64,000 nucleotides of DNA, taken from assembly GCA_965267575.1 (NCBI GenBank), contig OZ254086.1, forward strand, positions 4,640,001 through 4,704,000, read 5' to 3'. Both the position numbers and the translations under genes were made by a program. Under the pieces are notes generated by a model. The model searched no databases, was not told the origin of the DNA, and worked only from the letters and a program-made list of their open reading frames with translations. This DNA is from Calditrichales bacterium. Its GTDB lineage: Bacteria > Calditrichota > Calditrichia > Calditrichales > J004. Positions 40,996 to 49,598 of the stretch are shown here, one piece after another. Numbering within the stretch: position 1 is the stretch's first letter; the number at the start of each line of letters is the position of its first letter.

Positions 40996-40997
40996 CC

Positions 40998-43900
40998 CTA
41001 CTCAAACAGCTCCAGAATATCCTCTTTGGAGAGCGATTTAAAGAAAGTCTCCTCAGTTGAGATTAAAGACTCCACCAGCTCTTTTTTGCTTTGCTGCAGA
41101 CGCAGGATCTTCTCTTCCACGCTGTCCTTGGAGATCAGCTTGTAGGCAAATACTTTGCGCGTCTGGCCAATGCGGTAAGCACGGTCAGTGGCCTGCATCT
41201 CAACGGCCGGGTTCCACCACGGGTCGTAATGGATCACATAATCTGCGGCGGTCAGGTTCAGTCCCGTTCCACCGGCTTTCAGGCTGATCAGGAACGTGCG
41301 CACTTCGGGATCTTCCTGGAAACTGCGCACGGCTGCTTCACGGTCCTTGGTGGATCCGTCCAGGTAGGAGTAATTGATGGCCGATTCATCAAAGTGCCTT
41401 TTGATGTGCTGCAGCATCTGCACAAACTGGCTGAAGATCAGCACCTTATGGTTCTCGGAAATGATCTCCTCCACCATTTCCTTCAAAGCGTCGAACTTGC
41501 CGGAGCTATGCTCGAAGGCGCTGTTGACCAGGGCCGGGTGGCAGGCAATCTGGCGCAGCTTGGTCAATCCTTCCAACACCTTGAACTTGGATTTATTGAA
41601 TCCTTTGGATTCGATCTCTTCAAGAATGCTGTCACGGTAGCTGAGACGCCATTTGTCGTACAGGGCCTGCTGCGCATCCAGCATCGGTGAATAGATCACG
41701 CTTTCCACCTTGGGCGGCAGTTCGGTGGCCACATCTTCTTTGGTGCGCCGTAAAATAAAGGGGAAGATCAGCCGCTTCAGCGTGTTGGCCACTTCCACGT
41801 TTTGCTCTTTCTCAATCGGGCGCATAAAGGTCTCTTTAAAGAAATGCTGGTCTCCCAGTAACCCGGGATTAACAAACGCAAACTGCGACCACAGGTCCAT
41901 GGTGTTATTTTCCACCGGCGTACCGGTGAGCGCCAGCTTGTTGATGCCTTCCAGCAGCCGCACCGCTTTTGATGTTTCCGACTGTGGGTTTTTCACGTTC
42001 TGTGACTCGTCAAGAATCACGTAAGTAAAACGAATGTCCCGCAGAAACTCGATGTCCCGTCGCAGGTGGCCGTAGGTGGTCAGGATAAGCTGGTACTTTT
42101 TCAGCTTGCGGATGTCCTTGGAGCGCCGCGTACCATAATGCACGTGGTAGATCAGGTCCGGGGCAAAGCGCTCAATCTCGCTGACCCAGTTAAAGATCAC
42201 CGAAGTGGGTGCCACAATCAGGTTGCAGCCCTTGGGATCTTTATTGAGAATACCGCGCAGCATGGCCAGTGTCTGGATGGTTTTTCCCAGACCCATGTCA
42301 TCCGCCAGTATACCGCCAAAGGAAAATTCACGCAGGAAGTTAAGCCAGTCAAAACCGGCCTTCTGGTAATCACGCAACTCACCGTCGAAGTTTTTCGGCA
42401 ACTCGTAAGATTTAATCTTATCGAATTTATCCAGCTTCTTCAGTTTCTCCTGGCTCAGATTATCCAGCTTTTTGTGATCGGCTTCCACCAGCAGCTTGTC
42501 CACAAAAGACATGTGGTGGTTGGCAAAACGGATGGACGCATCGTCCACGCGGCCAAAGTTGATGATGTAGTTGAATTTCTCGATCAGTTTTTCAGGCAGC
42601 CGGGCGATGGTACCGTCCTTCAGCTTGACGTACTTTTTCTGAGCGCGCAGGGCTTTTTTCAGCTCTTCCAGGCTAACCGGAACGCCGTCAAATTCCAGGT
42701 TCAACTCAATATCAAACCAGTCTTCCTCGGATGAGATATTTACACCAAAGTTGGCGCTGGCCCTTTTCACCTTAAAACGAACCAGGTTTTCCTCGCCCAT
42801 TATCTCAAAGCCTTCTTTGGAAAGCGCCGGCAGGCCGTCAAACAGCCAGTTCAGCGAATCCTCAAACCAGGCGTAAAACAACCCCGGCGTATCTTCGGCA
42901 ATGCCGCTATCCAGCACACGTTGGCGCGCGGCTTCTTCCGTATCCAGGTCGCGATGGACGCGGATAATCTGCTGGCTTTTGGTGTCGTAATGCAGATAGG
43001 TGTCGTTACTTTGGCTGTAGGCGATTTCGATGTTCTCATACATGAAGGAAAGCGAAACCACAAGCTGGTCGTCCATCTCCTCAATGTACAGGCGCTGCGC
43101 GTCTATATCGCGCACCTCGTGCACCTCGATGCCCGGCGGGAAATCCACGTAAGGGAAAATGGGCAGCTTGGCGAGGTACTCGGAGATAAAACTCTGGTAC
43201 TCATCCTTGCTCAGCGTGATCTGCAGCTTCTCATCGATGAAGGACTTGATGTAGGCGTAGCTCAGCGGAAAATCACACTGGTACAGTTTGCCGTTACGGT
43301 AAAACCAGATCGGGTTAACGGTCAGGATCTTGGTATCTTTGTCTATCATCACCTCTTCTTCAAAGCGCACAAAGTATGGCTGAAAACGGTAATGGCCGTT
43401 TTCGGCGATCATCTTGAAACGCAGCTTCCACGGTGTATGACCAAAACGCACCCGCGTCCCGATGGTCCCATCTTCGTTTTTGATGTGGATTTCCGACGTG
43501 CGCAGCAGATTAAATATCTGCCCGGCGTCCAGGCCAAACTTGAGATAACTGGTTTCCAGCCGGCCGCGGTAGTAGACGCTGGACTGCTGCGATTGCAGAC
43601 GCTCCAGGTAAGAAATGGCGATCAAATCACCTGACGTTCTGAAAACATTCTGAGCCGAAAGTTCATTGAAAGACGGCTCCTGGATGCGGCCATACGTACC
43701 GTCTTTTTTCATGTAAACTTTTACCGGCTTGATGTTCCAGTAATTTTCCGTGATGTGAATGATATAGATAAGCTTCCAGCGCACTTCCTGCGAGAAATCA
43801 CTGTCCACGCGTTGTATGGCGATCAGCTTCTCAAAGTATTCGCGCCAGTTGGTGGCTTCTTCTTCCGGTTTTTCTTCGGTCGTGGCCTGGTCGTCGATCA

Positions 43901-44144
43901 CCTTAAGGGCAACGGCGACCGCGTGCTTGCAGGTGTACTTGTATGGGCAGGTACACGTACTCATGAACGAATTGCCGTCCACGTTCAGCTTGGTCAGATA
44001 GGGATGGGTTCCCAATACCGTGGCCGTTACAGAAAGGTTATCAACATGTTTTATTTTTACACGACCGTCCTTGAAATAATCTAGTCCCTGACGGAAGATC
44101 ATATCAGGGACTTTATCTTTTAAGTCCTTAATGTCTATGTGCAC
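40998..44144 (-). CDS. SWIM zinc finger plus SNF2-family helicase/ATPase
   Basis: CTCPYKYTCKH, ILADDMGLGKT, LDESQNVKN, LTGTPVEN, SLKAGGTGLNLT, QATDRAYRIGQ. Confidence 0.95.
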   Translation of the reverse strand: MHIDIKDLKDKVPDMIFRQGLDYFKDGRVKIKHVDNLSVTATVLGTHPYLTKLNVDGNSFMSTCTCPYKYTCKHAVAVALKVIDDQATTEEKPEEEATNWREYFEKLIAIQRVDSDFSQEVRWKLIYIIHITENYWNIKPVKVYMKKDGTYGRIQEPSFNELSAQNVFRTSGDLIAISYLERLQSQQSSVYYRGRLETSYLKFGLDAGQIFNLLRTSEIHIKNEDGTIGTRVRFGHTPWKLRFKMIAENGHYRFQPYFVRFEEEVMIDKDTKILTVNPIWFYRNGKLYQCDFPLSYAYIKSFIDEKLQITLSKDEYQSFISEYLAKLPIFPYVDFPPGIEVHEVRDIDAQRLYIEEMDDQLVVSLSFMYENIEIAYSQSNDTYLHYDTKSQQIIRVHRDLDTEEAARQRVLDSGIAEDTPGLFYAWFEDSLNWLFDGLPALSKEGFEIMGEENLVRFKVKRASANFGVNISSEEDWFDIELNLEFDGVPVSLEELKKALRAQKKYVKLKDGTIARLPEKLIEKFNYIINFGRVDDASIRFANHHMSFVDKLLVEADHKKLDNLSQEKLKKLDKFDKIKSYELPKNFDGELRDYQKAGFDWLNFLREFSFGGILADDMGLGKTIQTLAMLRGILNKDPKGCNLIVAPTSVIFNWVSEIERFAPDLIYHVHYGTRRSKDIRKLKKYQLILTTYGHLRRDIEFLRDIRFTYVILDESQNVKNPQSETSKAVRLLEGINKLALTGTPVENNTMDLWSQFAFVNPGLLGDQHFFKETFMRPIEKEQNVEVANTLKRLIFPFILRRTKEDVATELPPKVESVIYSPMLDAQQALYDKWRLSYRDSILEEIESKGFNKSKFKVLEGLTKLRQIACHPALVNSAFEHSSGKFDALKEMVEEIISENHKVLIFSQFVQMLQHIKRHFDESAINYSYLDGSTKDREAAVRSFQEDPEVRTFLISLKAGGTGLNLTAADYVIHYDPWWNPAVEMQATDRAYRIGQTRKVFAYKLISKDSVEEKILRLQQSKKELVESLISTEETFFKSLSKEDILELFE

Positions 44145-44296
44145 AATATCTCCGTAATCACTTTTTGGCAGCTCAATTTTCCCTCATTGCAAGAGGGCAT
44201 TATGAAGCAAGAATATACACATTCACTTTTTAGAGTACAAAACGAATTTTCACTTTTTACGGGCCTATTTTAAATTAACTTCCTTTTCGGAAAGAT

Positions 44297-45373
44297 ATGG
44301 GCATGAATCGTTCGCAATTATTAAAAAATATTTCCTGGGGCTTTTTGCCGATCGCCGTCTTTCTTGTAGCGGATATCTGGCTGGGCACGCTGTGGAGCAT
44401 TACGGTAGCGCTTGCATTTGGTTTCGCCGAATTACTCTGGATATATCTGCGTCAAAAACGGGTTGAACGTTTCATCCTGTTCGATATCGCCCTGCTGGCT
44501 GTATTCGGTATCGTCTCAATCGTACTTGACAATGATGTTTTCTTCAAACTAAAACCGGCCTTCCTGGAATTGATTGCGGTAGCCCTGTTGGGTCTGCATG
44601 CTTTTTCACCCTGGCCTGTCCTTAGCTATGCCGTAAAACGCTATAGCGGAGGGCAGACTTTTTCGCCGCTGCAGGAACAGCTCATGAGCAGAATGGCGCT
44701 GCTGCTGTTTGTCATCCTCGCTGCGCATACGGCGCTGATTGTCTGGTCGGCCTACGCGCTTAGTACCGAATGGTGGGCATTTATCTCCGGGGGGCTGTTT
44801 TACATTCTGCTGGGGCTGGTTTTTGCCGGACAATGGTTCTACATGCGCAAAAGGATGAAGCCGGCGCAGCGCGCGGACGAACGATTCGACATCGTGGATG
44901 AGCAGGGCCGGGTAATCGGCAACGCCGCCCGCAGGGAAGTGCACGGCAATCCGTCGCTGCTGCACCGCACCGTCCATATCCACGTTTTTGATGACAAGGG
45001 TCGTTTGTTTCTGCAAAAACGCTCGGCTGCCAAAGACCTCTTCCCCGGCTACTGGGACACCGCCGTGGGCGGCCACGTGGACAGCGGCGAAACCGTGGAA
45101 AAAGCCCTGCTGCGCGAAGCCCGCGAAGAGCTCGGTATAGATGCGCGCGTGGCCAGGCCGCTGTTTCGCTACATCATGCGCAACCGTTTTGAAAGCGAAT
45201 TGGTGCACACCTATCGCCTGGCACACAACGGCCCGTTCCGTTTAAACAGCGCCGAAATCGAAGAGGGCCGCTTCTGGTCGCTTTTTGAAATCAGGAAATT
45301 GTTGAAGCAAAACGTTTTTACGCCCAACTTTGAAGAAGAATTCTCCTTGCTGCAAAAACACGGGGTTATTTAA
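44297..45373 (+). CDS. IspZ/YciB-like membrane domain fused to NUDIX (Idi-like) hydrolase
   Basis: FLPIAVF...FFKLKP membrane domain; LQKRSAAKDLFPGYWD, GGHVDSGETVEKALLREAREELG Nudix box. Confidence 0.85.
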   Translation: MGMNRSQLLKNISWGFLPIAVFLVADIWLGTLWSITVALAFGFAELLWIYLRQKRVERFILFDIALLAVFGIVSIVLDNDVFFKLKPAFLELIAVALLGLHAFSPWPVLSYAVKRYSGGQTFSPLQEQLMSRMALLLFVILAAHTALIVWSAYALSTEWWAFISGGLFYILLGLVFAGQWFYMRKRMKPAQRADERFDIVDEQGRVIGNAARREVHGNPSLLHRTVHIHVFDDKGRLFLQKRSAAKDLFPGYWDTAVGGHVDSGETVEKALLREAREELGIDARVARPLFRYIMRNRFESELVHTYRLAHNGPFRLNSAEIEEGRFWSLFEIRKLLKQNVFTPNFEEEFSLLQKHGVI

Positions 45374-45418
45374 ATTAGGAATTAGGAATTAGGAATTAGG
45401 AATTAGGAATTGGGAATT
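45373..45418 (+). repeat. 7-bp tandem repeat (AATTAGG)x5 plus AATTGGG
   Basis: Read directly. Confidence 0.92.
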
Positions 45419-45526
45419 TTAGAGGTAATCCCGGTTTACGAACATATTATGACCGGGATGTCCAATGGCAAACGGGAAAGTCTGAGCATGATCAGGATCA
45501 TTGATCAAGAATGATGTAAATAGCCC

Positions 45527-45590
45527 TGACACTTTAACACCCTAACACGCTAACACTCTAACACTTTAACACCTTAACACCTTAACACTT
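45527..45590 (+). repeat. 8-bp tandem repeat (TAACACNN), eight units
   Basis: TGACACTT TAACACCC TAACACGC TAACACTC TAACACTT TAACACCT TAACACCT TAACACTT. Confidence 0.9.
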
Positions 45591-45599
45591 TTAAAGATT

Positions 45600-46370
45600 A
45601 TGAAAACACTGAGATACAAAAAACAGGACAACGTGGCGGTTTTGTCGCTGCACCGTCCGCAAAAGTATAACGCGCTGAACGGCGCGCTGCTCAGAGAGCT
45701 TAATGCCCTGCTGGATGAAATCGGGCGGGATGAGCAAATCCGCCTGCTGACCATAGACGGCGGCGAAAGTAACTGCTTCTGCTCCGGCGTCGATCTGGAA
45801 GAGCTGCATAACTTCCGCTCTATAGAAGAGGCGCGTCGTTTTGCGCTGCTGTTTGATGAAACCATGACCCGGCTGCTAAAATTCGGCAAACCCGTCGTGG
45901 CCGTGATGCGTGGGCTGGCCTACGGCGGCGGTTTTGCGCTGGCTTCGGCAGCAGACCTGCGTATAGCTACAAATGACATCCGCATCTCTTTTCCGGCGGG
46001 ACGCCTGGGTGCGATTTTGCCCCCTGCCCTTACCTGTATGCTCAACGCGCTGGTCGGCATCGGCACCAGCCGCGATCTGCTGATGACCGGTCGCGTGGTG
46101 GAAGCCCAGGAAGCGCTAAGCCTCGGACTGATCAACCGGCTTGAGACTGCGGAAAACATTGCCCCGAGTCTGCAAAGCGAAATCGATGCTATTCTTAAGA
46201 GTAGCAACACCGCGCTGGAGATGACACGGCGCATCACCAACCAGCAGCTCATCGTCGAAATAGAAAAATACAATCTCACCGGCGCAGAAAACTTTGCCTA
46301 CCTCTCCGGCACGGAAGAATGGCAAAAGCGTGTCGCCCGTTTTTTTGAGCGCAGAAAAAAAGCTAAATGA
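45600..46370 (+). CDS. Enoyl-CoA hydratase/isomerase-family protein
   Basis: LHRPQKYNALN, FCSGVDL, GLAYGGGFALA; both usual catalytic Glu positions read Ala (GGGFAL, FPAGRLG). Confidence 0.85.
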   Translation: MKTLRYKKQDNVAVLSLHRPQKYNALNGALLRELNALLDEIGRDEQIRLLTIDGGESNCFCSGVDLEELHNFRSIEEARRFALLFDETMTRLLKFGKPVVAVMRGLAYGGGFALASAADLRIATNDIRISFPAGRLGAILPPALTCMLNALVGIGTSRDLLMTGRVVEAQEALSLGLINRLETAENIAPSLQSEIDAILKSSNTALEMTRRITNQQLIVEIEKYNLTGAENFAYLSGTEEWQKRVARFFERRKKAK

Positions 46371-46434
46371 GATATCAGCAACACCGCCAAAGTATTTCAT
46401 TCGTAATTCGTAATTCCCGCATTCCTTAATTTCT

Positions 46435-47031
46435 TCAAAGGGTGCTGTTAAAAAACACCGGCTGCCGAAAAGCCATCGAGGTCTGGTCGCTTTGCAGCAT
46501 GATCGCCGCGCGGCGCAGCATCATCTCGGCATAGGCGGCTTCCGTGCCCCCGCCAAAAACAGGGTAACCTTCATCTCCCGGCTCGGAAGGACGGTATCTG
46601 TGCCCAACGCTAAAACCGATGCGTCCCCCTTCAGGAAACATCTGCTTTATGCTGTACACCAGCATCCGGGCCTGCCGCGCCTGCCCCGCCGGGTTACGAA
46701 TCCACATGGCATGCAGAGGGTTGCTCAGAAACAAGGGTTTTAACAAAATGGCCGGCATTTGGGCATGTACAAGGTTAGGTGAGCCGCCCATGAAAACACC
46801 CTGCTCGCCGGCCAGGGCTGTATCAAATTCGCGGGCAATCAGCCCGGCAAAAAGGCGGCCCCACTTGCGGCTGCCCTGCGCATCACCATTGCCGCATAAC
46901 ACCAGGGTATAGTTGCTTTCCAGCTCGCTGCTGTAATTGTAGTGCGCCTCCACATAGCCCACACAACCATCGGTGTTGGCCTGCTTCTGGCGCGCCTCAT
47001 ATTCGCCTTTGTAAAAACAAATATCATACAT
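46435..47031 (-). CDS. Circularly permuted N-acetylmuramoyl-L-alanine amidase (Amidase_3)-like protein
   Basis: RQKQAN...YVEAHYN...MPAILLKPLFLSN comes before IGFSVGH...DEG...GGTEAAYA, the motif that is normally N-terminal. Confidence 0.7.
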   Translation of the reverse strand: MYDICFYKGEYEARQKQANTDGCVGYVEAHYNYSSELESNYTLVLCGNGDAQGSRKWGRLFAGLIAREFDTALAGEQGVFMGGSPNLVHAQMPAILLKPLFLSNPLHAMWIRNPAGQARQARMLVYSIKQMFPEGGRIGFSVGHRYRPSEPGDEGYPVFGGGTEAAYAEMMLRRAAIMLQSDQTSMAFRQPVFFNSTL

Positions 47032-47062
47032 AATAAAACGCTCCGCTTGTTTTCCTCACAAA

Positions 47063-47090
47063 AGAGACAGGAGCCTTGCATTTTTTCTCA
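47063..47090 (-). promoter_or_regulatory. TGAGA-N19-CTCT candidate ECF promoter of the amidase-like gene
   Basis: Minus strand TGAGA aaaaatgcaaggctcctgt CTCT tttgtgaggAAAACAagcggag. Confidence 0.6.
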
Positions 47091-47167
47091 TCTTTAAAAA
47101 AATCGGTCATTGAAACTATAGTCATTATCCGCTACATTGAGCAGTACCCATTCTATAACAGATTATT

Positions 47168-47791
47168 ATGATGACGCGTGCCCCAAACCCAGAACTTGAA
47201 AACATAATTGCCCTGTGCCTCTCCGCGTCCAGAGCTGAACAGGAAAAGGGCTGGCGCCAATTGGTCGATCGTTATGGCGGCTGGCTCGAATCGTGTGTGG
47301 CCGGCGCCGTAAAACGCTGGCGTATGCCGCGGCTGGGACGGCAGATGCCCGAAGCCTGCGGCGATATCCTGGCCGATGTATTCAAAATCCTGTTGGCACA
47401 CCTGGGAGATTTTCGGGAAACAGGCAGCGAGGCTGCCTTCCGCTCCTGGCTTGCCGTTATTTGCAACCGTGCTGCGGGACGCTATATTCGCCGCGAATTC
47501 AGCAAACGGCTGGGTGAGGATGATGCGGCGGAGTACACGGAATTTGCAGGCGGCCTGGACGACGATCACCGCTGGGAACTGTATGAGAAAATTGTACAGA
47601 CGCTTTATGACAGCGCCGGGCCGCGTCCGGCAAACACCGATCGTGATATAAACATTTTTATGCTCTATGCCTGGGCTGATCTCTCCGCACCCATGGTTTT
47701 CAGGCATCCCTGTTACCGGGAAGAAGGACACAGGGTGGTTGACGTGGTTGTAAACAGGTTAAGAAAAAAATTGCGCGAAAAATTACCCTAA
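47168..47791 (+). CDS. ECF-type sigma-70 factor (divergent)
   Basis: Region 2-like WRQLVDRY...DILADVF...FRSWLAVICNR; region 4-like RDINIFML...VVNRLRKKLRE. Confidence 0.75.
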   Translation: MMTRAPNPELENIIALCLSASRAEQEKGWRQLVDRYGGWLESCVAGAVKRWRMPRLGRQMPEACGDILADVFKILLAHLGDFRETGSEAAFRSWLAVICNRAAGRYIRREFSKRLGEDDAAEYTEFAGGLDDDHRWELYEKIVQTLYDSAGPRPANTDRDINIFMLYAWADLSAPMVFRHPCYREEGHRVVDVVVNRLRKKLREKLP

Positions 47792-47792
47792 G

Positions 47793-47820
47793 TGAGAAAA
47801 TTAAGGTCTCCCCTGTCTCT
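47793..47820 (+). promoter_or_regulatory. TGAGA-N19-CTCT candidate ECF promoter of the downstream operon
   Basis: TGAGA aaattaaggtctcccctgt CTCT gtgtaagtAAACAgacggag. Confidence 0.6.
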
Positions 47821-47845
47821 GTGTAAGTAAACAGACGGAGACCGC

Positions 47846-48274
47846 ATGTATACAACAATGACGATCGTGGAAAATTTGCATTTGAACAAGAAACCGACAC
47901 TCGGTGAAGCCTTGGCGATTCTGCAGGCTGAAGATCAGTACAACCTGCAGCGTGAAGCATATGACGCGCATATAAACGGCTATCTGGACAGCTTGCGCGC
48001 GCGCAGCATGGAATTGAGCGGAGATACTTCGTTTTTTGAATTGCTGGAAAAGTTCATCCGGGTGCATTGCCGCGGACAGAATGCTGATGTGGAAGAGTGC
48101 CGCGACTTCTTTATATACCTGTTTCTTGTAAAGAACAACCAGGCCGATTGTCTTGAGCTGGCCCGCAGGTTAAACCAATCTTTCCACTGCTTTGAAACTT
48201 TCAGTCGCGTTTTGCGCGATTATTCGCGCACTTTTGAGGATTTGAGTTCGGGAAAAGACGGAACAGAAAAATGA
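47846..48274 (+). CDS. Hypothetical cytoplasmic helical protein
   Basis: GGAG RBS, 142 aa, ATGA overlap with next gene; family not recognised. Confidence 0.7.
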   Translation: MYTTMTIVENLHLNKKPTLGEALAILQAEDQYNLQREAYDAHINGYLDSLRARSMELSGDTSFFELLEKFIRVHCRGQNADVEECRDFFIYLFLVKNNQADCLELARRLNQSFHCFETFSRVLRDYSRTFEDLSSGKDGTEK

Positions 48275-49290
48275 ACAAAATACAGCCCCCGGCGGATCTG
48301 CTTTGCGCCTACATACTTGGCGAAGAAAATACCGAAGTTGCCCGCTGGCTTGAATCAGCCGCAGCAGACAAGCCGCACTGGAAAATAATCGACTCGCTGC
48401 GAAAAGCGAGCACCGGCAAAGAGCAACCCGGCGGAGAAATACACTTTGATACTATTGAGGAGATGGTTGAGACGTTTTGCCGCGGGGGCGAGGATGACAG
48501 TATTCTAAAGCGTTTCAAGGCATCTCTTGAAAGCGATCCTCAAAACTGTCAAAAACTGCTCATAAAGCTCAACCAGTACGACGATTTGGTGAACGCGTCA
48601 TCCGCTGAAAAGCCGATGTTTTCCAAAGAAGCGCTTCTTTCCATTGCCGGATTCGGTAGCAAGGACAAGCCCGGCAATGTCATCGGCAAAATTCCTTCCG
48701 CCGTGTGGTACGCCTTGTCGGCAGCGGCCGTGCTGCTGGTGGTTTTCCTGACGCAGCCGAAGCCGGATGCGAGCTGGCAGGAAGCTTACCGATTTGGCGG
48801 CCGCGTTCCCCTGGATTATGACGGATCAGCCTTGCGCGGCAGCATGGATACGGCCGCACCCGATAGTAATGCTCTGCGTTTCTATTACGCATATCGCGAA
48901 GGCTTAACACACTATCTTGCCGCCGAATACAACCAGGCTCATGAAGCCTGGAAACCGCTAAAGCCTCTGGCAGCGGCCCAGGTCGCAACCTCAGAAGGAA
49001 GCGTTGCCGATGAGTATTTACTATATTATGGCGTCAATCTCATCGCATTATCGCAACAGTCCAATGCCGGCCTTACGGACGAACAGCGGCAGCAACTGCG
49101 CGATGAGGCCTTTGAAGCACTAAACCAAAGCCGCTTTGAGCCGCATGCGTCGCGCTACTTTATGGGGCTGGCCCGTGCACTTAACGGTCGCAGTGGCGAA
49201 GCCCTGGATCTATTGAATTCAATAGATCCCGAATCCCGGTTTGGTGGCAGGGCCAAAGAACTGACAAGGACGCTAACCGAAGACAGATAG
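48271..49290 (+). CDS. Putative membrane-anchored anti-sigma factor with periplasmic TPR-like domain
   Basis: N-terminal LLCAYILGE anti-sigma-like helix, single TM (WYALSAAAVLLVVFL), SALRGS motif, TPR-like C-terminus. Confidence 0.65.
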   Translation: MNKIQPPADLLCAYILGEENTEVARWLESAAADKPHWKIIDSLRKASTGKEQPGGEIHFDTIEEMVETFCRGGEDDSILKRFKASLESDPQNCQKLLIKLNQYDDLVNASSAEKPMFSKEALLSIAGFGSKDKPGNVIGKIPSAVWYALSAAAVLLVVFLTQPKPDASWQEAYRFGGRVPLDYDGSALRGSMDTAAPDSNALRFYYAYREGLTHYLAAEYNQAHEAWKPLKPLAAAQVATSEGSVADEYLLYYGVNLIALSQQSNAGLTDEQRQQLRDEAFEALNQSRFEPHASRYFMGLARALNGRSGEALDLLNSIDPESRFGGRAKELTRTLTEDR

Positions 49291-49304
49291 TTGAGGGGGG
49301 ACAC

Positions 49305-49418
49305 ATGTCAGAATTCACCACATTATCGGGACTTCTCCTTATTGCCCTGGTTTTTTCCATTATCACCAACGTAATCCTGTTACGCAAAGCTAAAAACAGG
49401 AAGGCGGTGAGCAAATAG
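49305..49418 (+). CDS. Small membrane peptide, 37 aa
   Basis: Below ORF-track cutoff. GAGGGGGG RBS; MSEFTTLSGLLLIALVFSIITNVILLRKAKNRKAVSK. Confidence 0.65.
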   Translation: MSEFTTLSGLLLIALVFSIITNVILLRKAKNRKAVSK

Positions 49419-49598
49419 ATGGATACCGACCTTTTACTGGGAGCGGCGCTGGTAGCTTCTACCGCGCTTAATGTTTACCTTGCTTCGCGTGAAGACAAAA
49501 CAAAAGAGCCACCCGAAGAAGATGATGAAACTTCCCCGGATAAATCCTCAACTCAATCGGACGGAAAACAAAAGGAACCGGATTCAGATATCAAATAG
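49419..49598 (+). CDS. Small membrane peptide with acidic tail, 59 aa
   Basis: Abuts previous stop (TAG-ATG); MDTDLLLGAALVASTALNVYLASREDKTKEPPEEDDETSPDKSSTQSDGKQKEPDSDIK. Confidence 0.6.
   Translation: MDTDLLLGAALVASTALNVYLASREDKTKEPPEEDDETSPDKSSTQSDGKQKEPDSDIK

Noticed and set aside
40291..40997. Integron integrase beside the attI-like site
   Set aside because: No ORF with tyrosine recombinase motifs here or elsewhere in the ORF track
40998..44144. SNF2 helicase as part of an anti-phage system
   Set aside because: SWIM-SNF2 architecture, core-like composition and no methylase or nuclease partners; more likely housekeeping
45420..45525. Possible c-di-GMP riboswitch (GGCAAAC...GAAA)
   Set aside because: Could not build the two required stems or the GCAAA tetraloop; only an unrelated ATCCCGGT/ACCGGGAT hairpin is evident
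45373..45590. Tandem repeats as a CRISPR array linked to the CHAT protease (Craspase-like)
   Set aside because: Units are 7-8 bp without unique spacers and no cas gene is recognisable in the window
49471..49521. ORF-track start of the CHAT gene
   Set aside because: Would put about 45 polar residues before the signal-like helix and overlaps a better supported small ORF
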